Origin: Acidobacteriota bacterium
Lineage (GTDB): Bacteria; Acidobacteriota; Blastocatellia; RBC074
Assembly (NCBI GenBank): GCA_031418175.1
Contig: JANOWX010000865.1
Location: 1 to 36,454 of the forward strand
Direction of reading: 5' to 3'
DNA length: 36,454 bases
A model generated the notes under the pieces. That model made no database searches. It was not told where the DNA came from and was given only the letters and a program-made list of their open reading frames with translations. Positions 9,695-19,162 of this stretch are shown here, piece by piece. The position numbers were made by a program, and so were the translations under genes. The stretch's first letter is position 1. Each line of letters begins with the position of its first letter.

Positions 9695-9782
9695 GCCCTA
9701 ATTTCGTTCCAATCAACCTATCACCATACAAGACACTTTCTCACGGAAGACCTTAAATTTAGCTCGTAAACTAACTTTTTTC

Positions 9783-9797
9783 TGGCATCTTTTTGGC
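9783..9797 (+). promoter_or_regulatory. Candidate sigma-54 (-24/-12) promoter
   Basis: TGGCATCTTTTTGGC compared with the consensus TGGCACG-N4-TTGC. The GG and GC dinucleotides have the canonical spacing. It lies 70 nt upstream of the GTG start at 9867. Confidence 0.3.
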
Positions 9798-9866
9798 GAG
9801 CTACTGCTGGCGAACCTGGCGTTTCTGGCAGAAGCGAAAACTTTGAACAAACAAAGGAGCGTTCCA

Positions 9867-12800
9867 GTGAATAAACAATGGCCTAAACAGCCGCAGGTAT
9901 TGAGTTGGTTTTTGTTTCTCTGTGTTTGGATGGCTTTTTGCGTCACGCAGACATCCGCGCAAGTCTCAACCACGGGCGAAATTCGTGGGACGGTGGTGGA
10001 TGCCACTAATGCGCGCATCCCGAATGCCGAAGTCAAATTGATTGATGCGGCGACGGGTTCAGAAAAAGTGGCGCAGTCCGGCTCTGACGGCGGGTTCGTC
10101 TTTGTGCGTTTGCAATCGGGGCCTTACCGGTTGACCGTCGGCGCGCCGGGCTTTCAAAACACGGCCTACAACGTCGTTGTTGAAACTGCGCGCGTCGCCG
10201 ACGTAACCATCCGCCTCACGCCGGGGGCTGTCACTGAAACCGTTGAAGTCAAAGACGCGGGCGTAACGCTGGAAACGTCTTCAAGCACTGTTTCGAACAC
10301 CATCCGCAACGAAGCCTTGCAGGATTTGCCGCTGCCGGGCCGCGACGTCCTGAGCTTTGCGCTACTCACCGCAGGCGCGCAACGCGGCAGCAGTGACCGC
10401 AGCAGCACCTTCAATGGCCTGCCCAACGCCTCACTCAACATCACACTCGATGGCGTCAACAACAACTCGCAACGCTTCAAGAGCGGTGGCACCAGCAATT
10501 TCGTTTTTGCGCCGTTGCGCTTGGGCGCGATTGAAGAAGTCACGGTCAGCACGACGGGGATGGGCGCGGATGCCGGTGGCGAGGGCGCGATGCAAATGCG
10601 TTTTGTCACCAAACGCGGCACCAATCAATGGCACGGCAGCGTCGTCGAACAGTTCCGCAACGATGCGCTCAATGCGAACAACTGGTTCAATAACGCGCGC
10701 GGTATTCGCCGCCCTGTGCTGCGGCTAAATGAATTCGGCGGCAACATCGGCGGGCCGTTATGGAAGAACAAGCTGTTTTTCTTCATCAACTATGAACACC
10801 TGTTGCGCCCCAGCCAGAGTTCGGCCAGCAATCAAGTGCTTACCACTGAAGCGCAACGCGGCATCTTTCGTTATCTGGACACCAGCGGCGCTCAACGCAC
10901 CGTCAATCTGTTTGACATCGCGCGCGCCAACAACTTTCCGACCGCGATTGACCCGACAGTCACCGGTTTGCTGACGCGAATGAATAACGCGGCTTCGGCA
11001 GGCACGTTGCTCACGTCGCCAACCGATTTGATTCGCAACTCGCTGACCTGGAATTTGCCGGGCGGGTTGGTCGAAAGCTATCCAACGGCGCGCCTCGATT
11101 ATCAAATCACGCCCAACATCGCGTTCACCGGCACGTGGAATTTGCGCTGGCGCGACATCAAAGGTACGCAACCGTGGCCGGGGCCTGATTTCAAAGAGCA
11201 ATCGCGCTTCCGCTCGACCTATTACATCGGCTCGACCGGTGTGAACTGGGCCATTACGCCGACGACTTTCAACGAATTCAAGTTCGGTGTGCAAAGCAAC
11301 GTCGAGTTATTCAACGTCGGCGAAGACTTCGACAACTTTCAACTTGCGGGCAAGCTGCAACGCATCTCTCTTCCTTTGGGCATCCCGTCCATCGTGCGCA
11401 ACAACCTGCCGATTCCGCGCAACAATCCGGTCTGGAACATCTATGACAATTTGAATTTGATTCGCGGCAAGCACACCTATTTGTTCGGCGGCTCCTATCG
11501 CAAAACGACCATGTGGGAAAGCATCTTCGGCGGGGCAGGCATTCCGACTTCCACGCTCGGCACAGTTGCTGCCGACCCGGTGACGGCGATTTTCAACACG
11601 ACCACGCTGCCCGGCGTGCGCACGGTTGATTTGACCAACGCCTGGAATCTTTACGGCCTGTTGACCGGACGTTTGACCGACGTGCGCACCGACCGCCCCA
11701 TTGACGAAAACGACAAGCAATACCGCGATCTAGCCCCGTTCGTGCGGCGCGAAAAACAGGTCGTGTGGGGCTTGTACTTTCAGGATTCTTGGCGCGTCAA
11801 ACCATCGTTGACGCTCAACTATGGTTTGCGCTGGGAATTTTCCGGCGACATTCACAACACCAACGGCATTTACACGAACCCGACCGAAGAGCATTTGCTC
11901 GGCCCGTCGCGTTCGTTGTTCAAGCCGGGCACGCTGGACGGTGTGCGCGACCCGCAAATCTTTTTGCGCCCGCGCGTGTATGACCGCGATTACGTGAACC
12001 CCGCGCCGAATTTCGGCTTCGCCTGGAATCCGAAATTTGAAACGGGCTTGCTCAACAAAATCTTCGGCAACGGCAAAGGCGTGCTGCGCGGCGCAATGGG
12101 CGTGAATTATTACGACGAAGGCATGCTCGCGTTTCAGAGTTACGCGGGTGTCAATCCGGGGCTGACGCAATTTCTGACGCTGGTGCCGGGCGTCAACTTT
12201 GCGCCCGGTAGTTTGACGCTGGGTTCGACGTTGCCTGCGTTTGACACTTTCCCGACGCGCTTTGCGCCGCCGTTCGCGCAATCGCTGTTCACCTTCCGCA
12301 ACGGGTTTAGCACGCTCGAACAAAACTTGCGCACGCCTTACGTCGTCAACTGGTCGTTCGGCATCCAGCGCGAATTCGGGCAAAAAACCGTGGTCGAGGC
12401 GCGTTACGTAGGCAACAAAGCCAGCCGCATCTGGCGCGCTTATGACTTGAACGAAGTGAACATTTTCGAGAACGGCTTTTTGCAGGAATTCACCAATGCG
12501 CAACGCAATCTGCAAATCAGCCAGACTGCTGGCGTAGCCAACTTCGCCAATCGCGGTTTGCCCGGACAAGTCGCGTTGCCGATTTTTGAAGCCGCCTTTG
12601 GCGCGCGCGGCGGACAAGCCGCGTTGCCCGCCGGGTCGTCGTTTACCAACGGAACCTTTGTCACGCTGTTGCAGCAAGGACAAGCGGGCGGGTTGGCGCG
12701 CTCACTGGCCGCATCGCCACTGTATTTGTGTCGTATGGCCGGCAACACGTTCTCACCTTGCGCCGGGCTGGGTTACAGCGCAGCCGGGCCTTACGCTAGC

Positions 12801-13643
12801 AATTTCTTTCAGGCGAATCCCTTCGCCGCCGGACAGGCGCTCAACCTCGTGAGCGATATTTCGAATTCGAGTTACAACGGATTGCAACTCGAAGTGAAGC
12901 GGGCGTTGTCACACGGCTTGATGCTGTCGGCCAATTACACCTGGAGCAAATCGCTGGGCGATCTCTTTGCCGAATCGGCAACGTCGTTCCGCAACTTCAC
13001 CACGCATCGCAATCGCGCGCTCGACAAGGGGCCGTCAGTCTTCGACATCCGCCACGTCTTTCAGGTGTATGGGAATTACGATCTGCCCTTCGGCAAAGGC
13101 CATCGCTTGTCGGGTAATTCCTTCGTGAACGGTTTCATCGGCGACTGGTCGGTGTCGGTGATTGCGCGTTTGCAATCAGGCCGCCCGTTCCGCCTGGCGA
13201 GCGGTTTCAACACGGTCACGGGACAGGATTCCGGCGTCATTCTCAATGGCGTCACAGTCAAACAACTGCAAGAGCAATTGACGATTCGTTCCGGCCCGCA
13301 ACGCAATATCAGCTTCGTCGGCACGAATCTCGTCGCCGCCGATGGCCGCGCGAATCCGGGCGTCATCGGCACGCCTACGACGCCCGGGCAGTTCGGGCAG
13401 TTTGTGTATTTGTACGGCCCGCGCTTCACGATGTTCGACGCCGCGCTACGTAAGGATATTTCGCTGACTGAACGCATCAAGATGACGCTCTTCGCCGAAT
13501 TCATCAACGCCCTCAACCATCCGGTCTTCTCGGTTGGCGGGCAAGGCGCAGACGTGAACATCAACGCGACGACCTTCGGGCAAACCACCGCGCTGGCGCT
13601 TGATCCGCGCAATATTCAGTTCCGACTACAGGTGCGGTTCTAA
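9867..13643 (+). CDS. TonB-dependent outer-membrane receptor with N-terminal carboxypeptidase-regulatory-like domain
   Basis: AGGAG lies 7 nt before GTG 9867. Signal peptide ends ...TQTSAQV. CarboxypepD_reg-like GEIRGTVVDATNARIPNAEVKL...SDGGFVF...GPYRLTV, then a plug-like region and a long beta-barrel ending in the terminal aromatic ...QFRLQVRF. Confidence 0.9.
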   Translation: MNKQWPKQPQVLSWFLFLCVWMAFCVTQTSAQVSTTGEIRGTVVDATNARIPNAEVKLIDAATGSEKVAQSGSDGGFVFVRLQSGPYRLTVGAPGFQNTAYNVVVETARVADVTIRLTPGAVTETVEVKDAGVTLETSSSTVSNTIRNEALQDLPLPGRDVLSFALLTAGAQRGSSDRSSTFNGLPNASLNITLDGVNNNSQRFKSGGTSNFVFAPLRLGAIEEVTVSTTGMGADAGGEGAMQMRFVTKRGTNQWHGSVVEQFRNDALNANNWFNNARGIRRPVLRLNEFGGNIGGPLWKNKLFFFINYEHLLRPSQSSASNQVLTTEAQRGIFRYLDTSGAQRTVNLFDIARANNFPTAIDPTVTGLLTRMNNAASAGTLLTSPTDLIRNSLTWNLPGGLVESYPTARLDYQITPNIAFTGTWNLRWRDIKGTQPWPGPDFKEQSRFRSTYYIGSTGVNWAITPTTFNEFKFGVQSNVELFNVGEDFDNFQLAGKLQRISLPLGIPSIVRNNLPIPRNNPVWNIYDNLNLIRGKHTYLFGGSYRKTTMWESIFGGAGIPTSTLGTVAADPVTAIFNTTTLPGVRTVDLTNAWNLYGLLTGRLTDVRTDRPIDENDKQYRDLAPFVRREKQVVWGLYFQDSWRVKPSLTLNYGLRWEFSGDIHNTNGIYTNPTEEHLLGPSRSLFKPGTLDGVRDPQIFLRPRVYDRDYVNPAPNFGFAWNPKFETGLLNKIFGNGKGVLRGAMGVNYYDEGMLAFQSYAGVNPGLTQFLTLVPGVNFAPGSLTLGSTLPAFDTFPTRFAPPFAQSLFTFRNGFSTLEQNLRTPYVVNWSFGIQREFGQKTVVEARYVGNKASRIWRAYDLNEVNIFENGFLQEFTNAQRNLQISQTAGVANFANRGLPGQVALPIFEAAFGARGGQAALPAGSSFTNGTFVTLLQQGQAGGLARSLAASPLYLCRMAGNTFSPCAGLGYSAAGPYASNFFQANPFAAGQALNLVSDISNSSYNGLQLEVKRALSHGLMLSANYTWSKSLGDLFAESATSFRNFTTHRNRALDKGPSVFDIRHVFQVYGNYDLPFGKGHRLSGNSFVNGFIGDWSVSVIARLQSGRPFRLASGFNTVTGQDSGVILNGVTVKQLQEQLTIRSGPQRNISFVGTNLVAADGRANPGVIGTPTTPGQFGQFVYLYGPRFTMFDAALRKDISLTERIKMTLFAEFINALNHPVFSVGGQGADVNINATTFGQTTALALDPRNIQFRLQVRF

Positions 13644-13665
13644 CTCGAATTTCACTTGAAGCGTA

Positions 13666-13696
13666 CTGTGGAGCAGGTTCCAAACCTGCTCCACAG
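13666..13696 (+). other. Intercistronic perfect hairpin (14-bp stem, 3-nt loop)
   Basis: CTGTGGAGCAGGTT-CCA-AACCTGCTCCACAG lies between the receptor stop (13643) and the next start (13716). No U-tract follows. Confidence 0.6.
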
Positions 13697-13715
13697 CTAC
13701 GATTGCGGACTTTCT

Positions 13716-16700
13716 ATGCGCTCTCTTCTATTCATTCTCGCACTCACGCTCACCCTCGCCGCGCAGACGCCCGCCACGCAAATTGACGCCAAGCTGCTCA
13801 ACGCCTTGCAATGGCGCTCCATCGGCCCTGCGATGTTCGGTGGCCGCGTAGCCGATGTCGCAGGCGTGCCCGGCAATCCCAACCTGCTTTTCGTCGGGCA
13901 TTCATCCGGCGGTTTGTTCAAATCCACCAACGGCGGCATCACATTTGAATCGGTCTTCAACGATGGCAACACACTGTCCGTCGGCGCGCTTGCCATAGCA
14001 CCGGATAACCCTGATGTGATTTACGTCGGCACGGGCGAAGGTGCGGTGCGCAACAGCATTTCGTTCGGCGACGGCATTTATAAAACCACCGACGGCGGCA
14101 AGACATGGCGGCATCTGGGTTTGAAAGACAGCGAACGGTTTGCGCGCATCGTCATTCATCCGACGAACTCGCAAATCGTCATCGCCGCTGCGATGGGACA
14201 CGCGTTCGGGCCGAATGAAGAGCGCGGCATCTTTCGTTCGACCGACGGCGGCGCGACGTGGCAGCGCACGCTGTTCGTCAACGCGACGACCGGCGCGAGC
14301 GATGTCGCTATTGACCCAAACGACCCGAGCATCGTTTACGCCGGGATGTACGATTACCTGCGCCAGCCCTGGCACTTTCGCAGCGGCGGCGTGGGCAGCG
14401 GCGTCTATCGTTCGAGCGATGGCGGCGTCACGTGGACGAAGCTAACCGACCCGGCCTTGAAGAACGGCTTGCCCGGCGCAAAGCTCATCGGACGCAGCGG
14501 CCTTGCCGTCAGCCGCAGCAATCCGAACGTCGTGTACGCCCTGATCGAAGCGCAGGAAGAGGGCATGCTGTGGCGTTCGAGTGATCGCGGCAAGACATGG
14601 CAAATGGTCAGCAATGACAGGCGCATCAACAACCGTCCATTCTATTACACGCAAGTGCGCGTAGACCCGGCGGACGAAAATCGCGTTTACACGCTGGCTG
14701 GTTCGTTCAATGTCTCGACCGACGGCGGGCGCACGTTTCATCAGACGCCTGGCGCGAATATGTTCGGCGATCATCACGCGCTGTGGATTGATCCGACGAA
14801 TCCGCGCCGCTTGCTGTGTGGCACCGACGGCGGCTTTTTCATCTCGAACGATCAGGCTGCGCGCTGGGATTTCGTCAACAACATGCCGATGGCGCAGCCT
14901 TATCACGTCGGCCTGGATATGGCCGAGCCGTACAACGTGCTCGGCGGATTTCAGGATCATGAAATCTGGCGCGGGCCGAACGAACGCTGGAATCAAGTCG
15001 GCGTGCGCGAAGGCGATTGGCGGCGGCTGCGTTATATGGCCGACGGGATGTATACCGTCGCCGACCCGCGCGACCCGAACATCGTGTATTTCAACGGCCA
15101 TTTCGGCGACATCACGCGCATAGACGTGCGCACGGGCGAAGAGCGCTACATTCAACCTTATCCGCCCGGCCCATCGGGCGAGAGCGCAGGCGCGAATCAA
15201 TATCGTTTCAACTGGAACTCGCCCGTGCTGATGTCGCCGAGCGATCCTGATGTGCTGTATTACGGCGGCAACGTGCTGTTCAAGACGACGAACGGCGGCG
15301 CTGCGTGGACGATCATCAGCCCCGATCTGACGACGAACAATCCCGACAAACAAAAGCTGAGCGGCGGGCCGATCAATTTTGATAACACGCGCGCCGAATA
15401 TCACTGCACGATCATCGCGCTCGCCGAAAGCCCGCGCGACCGCAATGTCTTATGGGCAGGAACTGACGACGGCAACGTGCAACTCACGCGCGATGGCGGC
15501 AAAACGTGGACGAACGTGATTGCGAACATAAAGGGCGCGCCCGCCAACGGCTGGGTTCCGGCGATTCACGCTTCGCACACCGAAGCGGGGACGGCGTATG
15601 TGGCAATTGACCAACACCGGCTGAATGATTTTGCGTCGTATGCGTTCGTGACGAACGATTATGGCAAGACGTGGCGGCGGATTTCGGACGGCTTGCGCGG
15701 TTATGTTCACATCGTAGCCGAAGACCCGAAAGAACCGAATCTGCTTTATGCCGGAACGGAACTCGGCATCTTCGCTTCGTTTGATCGCGGCGCGCACTGG
15801 ACGGATTTGCGGCTGGGATTGCCGCCGCTCTCGGTCGTAGATTTGAAGGTGCATCCGCGCGACAACGACCTGGTAATCGCCACGCATGCGCGCGGCTTTT
15901 ACATCCTCGACGATGCGACGCCGCTGCAACAACTGGCGCGCGCGATGAAAAAGCCCGTCGCGTTGTTCAAGCCGATGCGCGCGACGCGCTACACGCCCGC
16001 GAGCGATACGAGCGTGCTTGGCAATCGTGTCTGGGTCGCGCGCAACAAGCCATATGGCGCGATCATCAACTACTGGCTGAAAGAGCCAGGCGCAGTTGAG
16101 TTGAGCATTCACGACGCAGCGGGCACGCTCGTGCGCAAGCTGAATGGCACGCGGCAGGCAGGCCTGAATCGCGTCGTGTGGGATTTGGAAGAAGCTGCGT
16201 GCGAAAACACGGCAGCACAAAACGCTGGTCGCCGAGCGCGCGCTGATGGCGGCAACGGCGTGCGCGTGTTGCCGGGCGAATACAAAGTGCGGATGACCGC
16301 CGCCGGGCAAACCGTCGAAGAGACATTCACCGTGCGCCTCGATCCGCGCGTCACGACCAATCAAGCCGACCTCGAATTGCAATTGCGTGACAACCGCAAG
16401 CTCGCCGCGATGCAATGCGCGATTGCAGGCGCGCTCAATCAACTGCAATCGCTCGACGCGCAATTGAGCAAGCTCGCGTCATCCACAGATGCCACGATCA
16501 AAACCGAAGCGGCAGCGTTGCAAAGCGAACTGAAAGCGATTGCGAATGGGATGGGCGGCGACCCGCGCAATCCCGATCATCCGAACCTGCGCGGCAAATT
16601 GAATTGGCTGGTGATTCAAGTCGGCGGTTACAGCGGGCGTCCGACCGATGCGCAGCTTGCATGGATTGCTCGTTACCAAAGCCAGTTTGATGAATTGCAG

Positions 16701-16784
16701 GCGCGCTTCGTCACGGCACGGCGCGAGCAGTTGGCGAAGCTGAATGGCAAACTGAAAGCGGCGAACCTGCCGCCCATCAATTGA
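13716..16784 (+). CDS. Secreted sortilin/VPS10-like BNR (Asp-box) repeat protein, paralog 1
   Basis: Signal peptide MRSLLFILALTLTLAAQ. About 10 Asp-box motifs (KTTDGGKTW, RSTDGGATW, RSSDGGVTW, LTRDGGKTW ...). An Ig-like segment (VWDL...LPGEYKVRMT) is followed by a helical C-terminal tail. Confidence 0.9.
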   Translation: MRSLLFILALTLTLAAQTPATQIDAKLLNALQWRSIGPAMFGGRVADVAGVPGNPNLLFVGHSSGGLFKSTNGGITFESVFNDGNTLSVGALAIAPDNPDVIYVGTGEGAVRNSISFGDGIYKTTDGGKTWRHLGLKDSERFARIVIHPTNSQIVIAAAMGHAFGPNEERGIFRSTDGGATWQRTLFVNATTGASDVAIDPNDPSIVYAGMYDYLRQPWHFRSGGVGSGVYRSSDGGVTWTKLTDPALKNGLPGAKLIGRSGLAVSRSNPNVVYALIEAQEEGMLWRSSDRGKTWQMVSNDRRINNRPFYYTQVRVDPADENRVYTLAGSFNVSTDGGRTFHQTPGANMFGDHHALWIDPTNPRRLLCGTDGGFFISNDQAARWDFVNNMPMAQPYHVGLDMAEPYNVLGGFQDHEIWRGPNERWNQVGVREGDWRRLRYMADGMYTVADPRDPNIVYFNGHFGDITRIDVRTGEERYIQPYPPGPSGESAGANQYRFNWNSPVLMSPSDPDVLYYGGNVLFKTTNGGAAWTIISPDLTTNNPDKQKLSGGPINFDNTRAEYHCTIIALAESPRDRNVLWAGTDDGNVQLTRDGGKTWTNVIANIKGAPANGWVPAIHASHTEAGTAYVAIDQHRLNDFASYAFVTNDYGKTWRRISDGLRGYVHIVAEDPKEPNLLYAGTELGIFASFDRGAHWTDLRLGLPPLSVVDLKVHPRDNDLVIATHARGFYILDDATPLQQLARAMKKPVALFKPMRATRYTPASDTSVLGNRVWVARNKPYGAIINYWLKEPGAVELSIHDAAGTLVRKLNGTRQAGLNRVVWDLEEAACENTAAQNAGRRARADGGNGVRVLPGEYKVRMTAAGQTVEETFTVRLDPRVTTNQADLELQLRDNRKLAAMQCAIAGALNQLQSLDAQLSKLASSTDATIKTEAAALQSELKAIANGMGGDPRNPDHPNLRGKLNWLVIQVGGYSGRPTDAQLAWIARYQSQFDELQARFVTARREQLAKLNGKLKAANLPPIN

Positions 16785-16799
16785 GCGGAGGCAAATCTG

Positions 16800-19136
16800 A
16801 TGAGTCAGAAAATAAATCGGCGGGGTTTCCTGAAAACCGCGTCTGCGGCTGGCATTGCTGCTCATTCGCAACAGGCCACACACGCAGCAGGACAAACGTC
16901 CGGCCCCACCCGTTTGAGCATCGGCACGACAGCGTACACGCCCGTGCGCGATTATCCGCTGCGTCCCAAGCGCGGCCATGAAGTGCGCGTGAAAGATCGT
17001 TTCTGGGCGCCTAAGATTCGCACCAACGCCGAAGTGACGATTCCGTTTCAAGTGCAGAAGCGCGCGCAAGATGACCGCGAGTTCAGCCTGAACGTGCTCG
17101 AAGCCGCGCTCATATCGTTGCAAACACATCCTGACACGACGCTGGCTGCGCAAGTAGAAAAACGGTTTCGTTCGCTGTTGTCGCAACCGTGGCGCGACAA
17201 TCTCAACTTTGAAGTCGCGGCGGTGTATTTTTACGCAACCGGCAAACGCGATTTGCTGGAGCAAGCCAGCAAAGCCGCCGACGCGCTTTACGAAGATTTC
17301 AAAACCACCCACCCGCCGTTTTCTGGCGGCGAACGCGATGCGCTCAATTGTGTGCAACTCTATCGCGCGTCGGGCGACAAAAAACATCTCAATCTTGCCA
17401 AACACTATCTCGATATTCGCGGTCTGGAAAACTCCGTCAACCGCAGCCGCCACAATCAATCGTACAAACCGGTGCTGGAACAGAGCGAAGCCGTAGGCCA
17501 CGCGGTGAACGGCATCACGCTGATGGTCTCGCTCGCCGATGTAGGTGTGCTGACGGGGCTGCGCGAATACTTCAACGCCGCAGAGCGTATGTGGACGGAT
17601 ATTGTCGAACGCAAGCTGTACGTCACCGGCGGCGCAGGCTCGACGGGCAATGAAGGCTTCGGCGCGCCGTACTCACTGCCGAACATTTCCGCGTATGCCG
17701 AGACGTGCGCGGTGTTGATGTTCATCACGTTCAACCATCGGCTGTTTCTGGCGTCGGGCGACGGCAAGTACATAGACGTGATGGAACGCGGCATGTACAA
17801 CAACACGCTATCGGGCGTCTCGGTGGCAGGCGACCGCTACTTTTATGTCAACCGTCTGGCGAGTGCGGGCGACGGGCGCGACACCCGCTGGGAACGCGCT
17901 TCGTTGGAATGCTGTCCGCCGAACCTCGTGCGCTTTCTCGCCGCGATGCCGGGCTTCGTTTACGCGCAGGACAAGCAGGACGCCGTTTACGTGAATTTGT
18001 ATTTGTCGAGCGAGGCGACGTTTCGCATTGGTGGGAAAGACCTCGCGCTCGCGGTCGAAAGCGAAATGCCCTGGGGCGGCAAATCAAACATCACCGTCGC
18101 AACGCAGCAGCCTGTCAATGGCGCAATCAAACTGCGCATCCCGTGTTGGGCGCGCAACAGCGTGGCACCGGGTACGCTGTACCGCTATCAAAGCAAGCTC
18201 GACCAACAGCCCAGCGTATCGGTCAACGGCAAAGCCATCAGCGCAATTCCTGATCGCACGGGCTACGTCACGATTGAACGAACGTGGCAGAGCGGCGACC
18301 GCATCGAGATCGAATTCCCCTTCGCCGTGCGCCAGGTCGTCACCGATGCACGCGTGCGCGAGAATCGCGGTCGTGTCGCCATCGAACGCGGGCCGATTGT
18401 GTATTGCGTCGAATGGCCTGAATCGCCGGATGGTCGCGCGCTCGACTTGATGCTTGACACGGCGAGCGAAATCAAGCCCTCGTTTGATGAATCGTTATTC
18501 GGCGGCGCGACCGTGATTTCGGCACAAGCGCGACGAATATCGAATCCAGCCTTGCCGCCACAACCGATCAAGCTGATTCCGTATCACCTCTGGGCCAATC
18601 GTGGCGCAGGAGAAATGACCGTGTGGCTGCCAACGCGCGAGTACGAGCCGGGCGACATTGGCCCGGCGGGCGGATTCATCTTCTACAAAAATCCCAATGC
18701 CGCCGCCGATGGCTGGCGCTATCTGGAGGCCGCGCCCGTTGATCAAAGTGGCGGCGCGAAGTGGGGCTGCTTTCGCCGTGCGCTGGACAGAGCACGCGGA
18801 ACGGCGGTGGGCACGGGTAAGAAAAACACCGAAGAGATGCTCGCCGCCTGTGTGGAACGCGGCATGGCAGCGGATCTGTGCGCCAATTACAGCTTAAATG
18901 GCGTGCGTGGCTGGTTCTTGCCATCGCGTGACGAACTGGCATTGATGTATCGCAACCTGAAGGCGACGGGCGTCGCAGACTTTCGCGATGAAGGGCTGGC
19001 CGACAATTGTAGCTACTGGAGTTCGTCGCAAGTGACGGCGGATATGGCGCACCATATTGATTTCCCTGATGCTGGCCGCGACCACTACGACGATAAAGAT
19101 TTTCCGCGCCGCGTGCGTGCGATTCGCGCGTTCTGA
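16800..19136 (+). CDS. Glycoside hydrolase family 127-like (beta-L-arabinofuranosidase family, DUF1680) with Tat signal and C-terminal DUF1566-like domain
   Basis: RRGFLKTASAAGIAA Tat motif. AYAETCAVLMF and SLECCPPNLVRF match the Glu/Cys zinc and nucleophile cluster of GH127. The C-terminal 158 aa (18660-19133) carry GGFIFY...DQS...GTGKKNT...WFLPSRDEL..MY...YWSSS...VRAIRAF. Confidence 0.88.
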   Translation: MSQKINRRGFLKTASAAGIAAHSQQATHAAGQTSGPTRLSIGTTAYTPVRDYPLRPKRGHEVRVKDRFWAPKIRTNAEVTIPFQVQKRAQDDREFSLNVLEAALISLQTHPDTTLAAQVEKRFRSLLSQPWRDNLNFEVAAVYFYATGKRDLLEQASKAADALYEDFKTTHPPFSGGERDALNCVQLYRASGDKKHLNLAKHYLDIRGLENSVNRSRHNQSYKPVLEQSEAVGHAVNGITLMVSLADVGVLTGLREYFNAAERMWTDIVERKLYVTGGAGSTGNEGFGAPYSLPNISAYAETCAVLMFITFNHRLFLASGDGKYIDVMERGMYNNTLSGVSVAGDRYFYVNRLASAGDGRDTRWERASLECCPPNLVRFLAAMPGFVYAQDKQDAVYVNLYLSSEATFRIGGKDLALAVESEMPWGGKSNITVATQQPVNGAIKLRIPCWARNSVAPGTLYRYQSKLDQQPSVSVNGKAISAIPDRTGYVTIERTWQSGDRIEIEFPFAVRQVVTDARVRENRGRVAIERGPIVYCVEWPESPDGRALDLMLDTASEIKPSFDESLFGGATVISAQARRISNPALPPQPIKLIPYHLWANRGAGEMTVWLPTREYEPGDIGPAGGFIFYKNPNAAADGWRYLEAAPVDQSGGAKWGCFRRALDRARGTAVGTGKKNTEEMLAACVERGMAADLCANYSLNGVRGWFLPSRDELALMYRNLKATGVADFRDEGLADNCSYWSSSQVTADMAHHIDFPDAGRDHYDDKDFPRRVRAIRAF

Positions 19137-19162
19137 TTGATGCTCAACGAATCACCAAGACT

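Noticed and set aside
11730-17501. Series of 300-340-aa minus-strand ORFs (11730-12683, 14442-15404, 15450-16463, 16479-17501) inside the receptor, BNR and GH127 genes
   Set aside because: All are antisense to long motif-bearing genes and have Arg-rich low-information sequences, so they are treated as shadow ORFs.
18660-19133. Possibility that the DUF1566-like domain is a diversity-generating retroelement target
   Set aside because: C-type-lectin-fold domains are typical DGR variable regions. However, I found no reverse transcriptase gene and no second (template) copy of the 3' end of this gene in the window.
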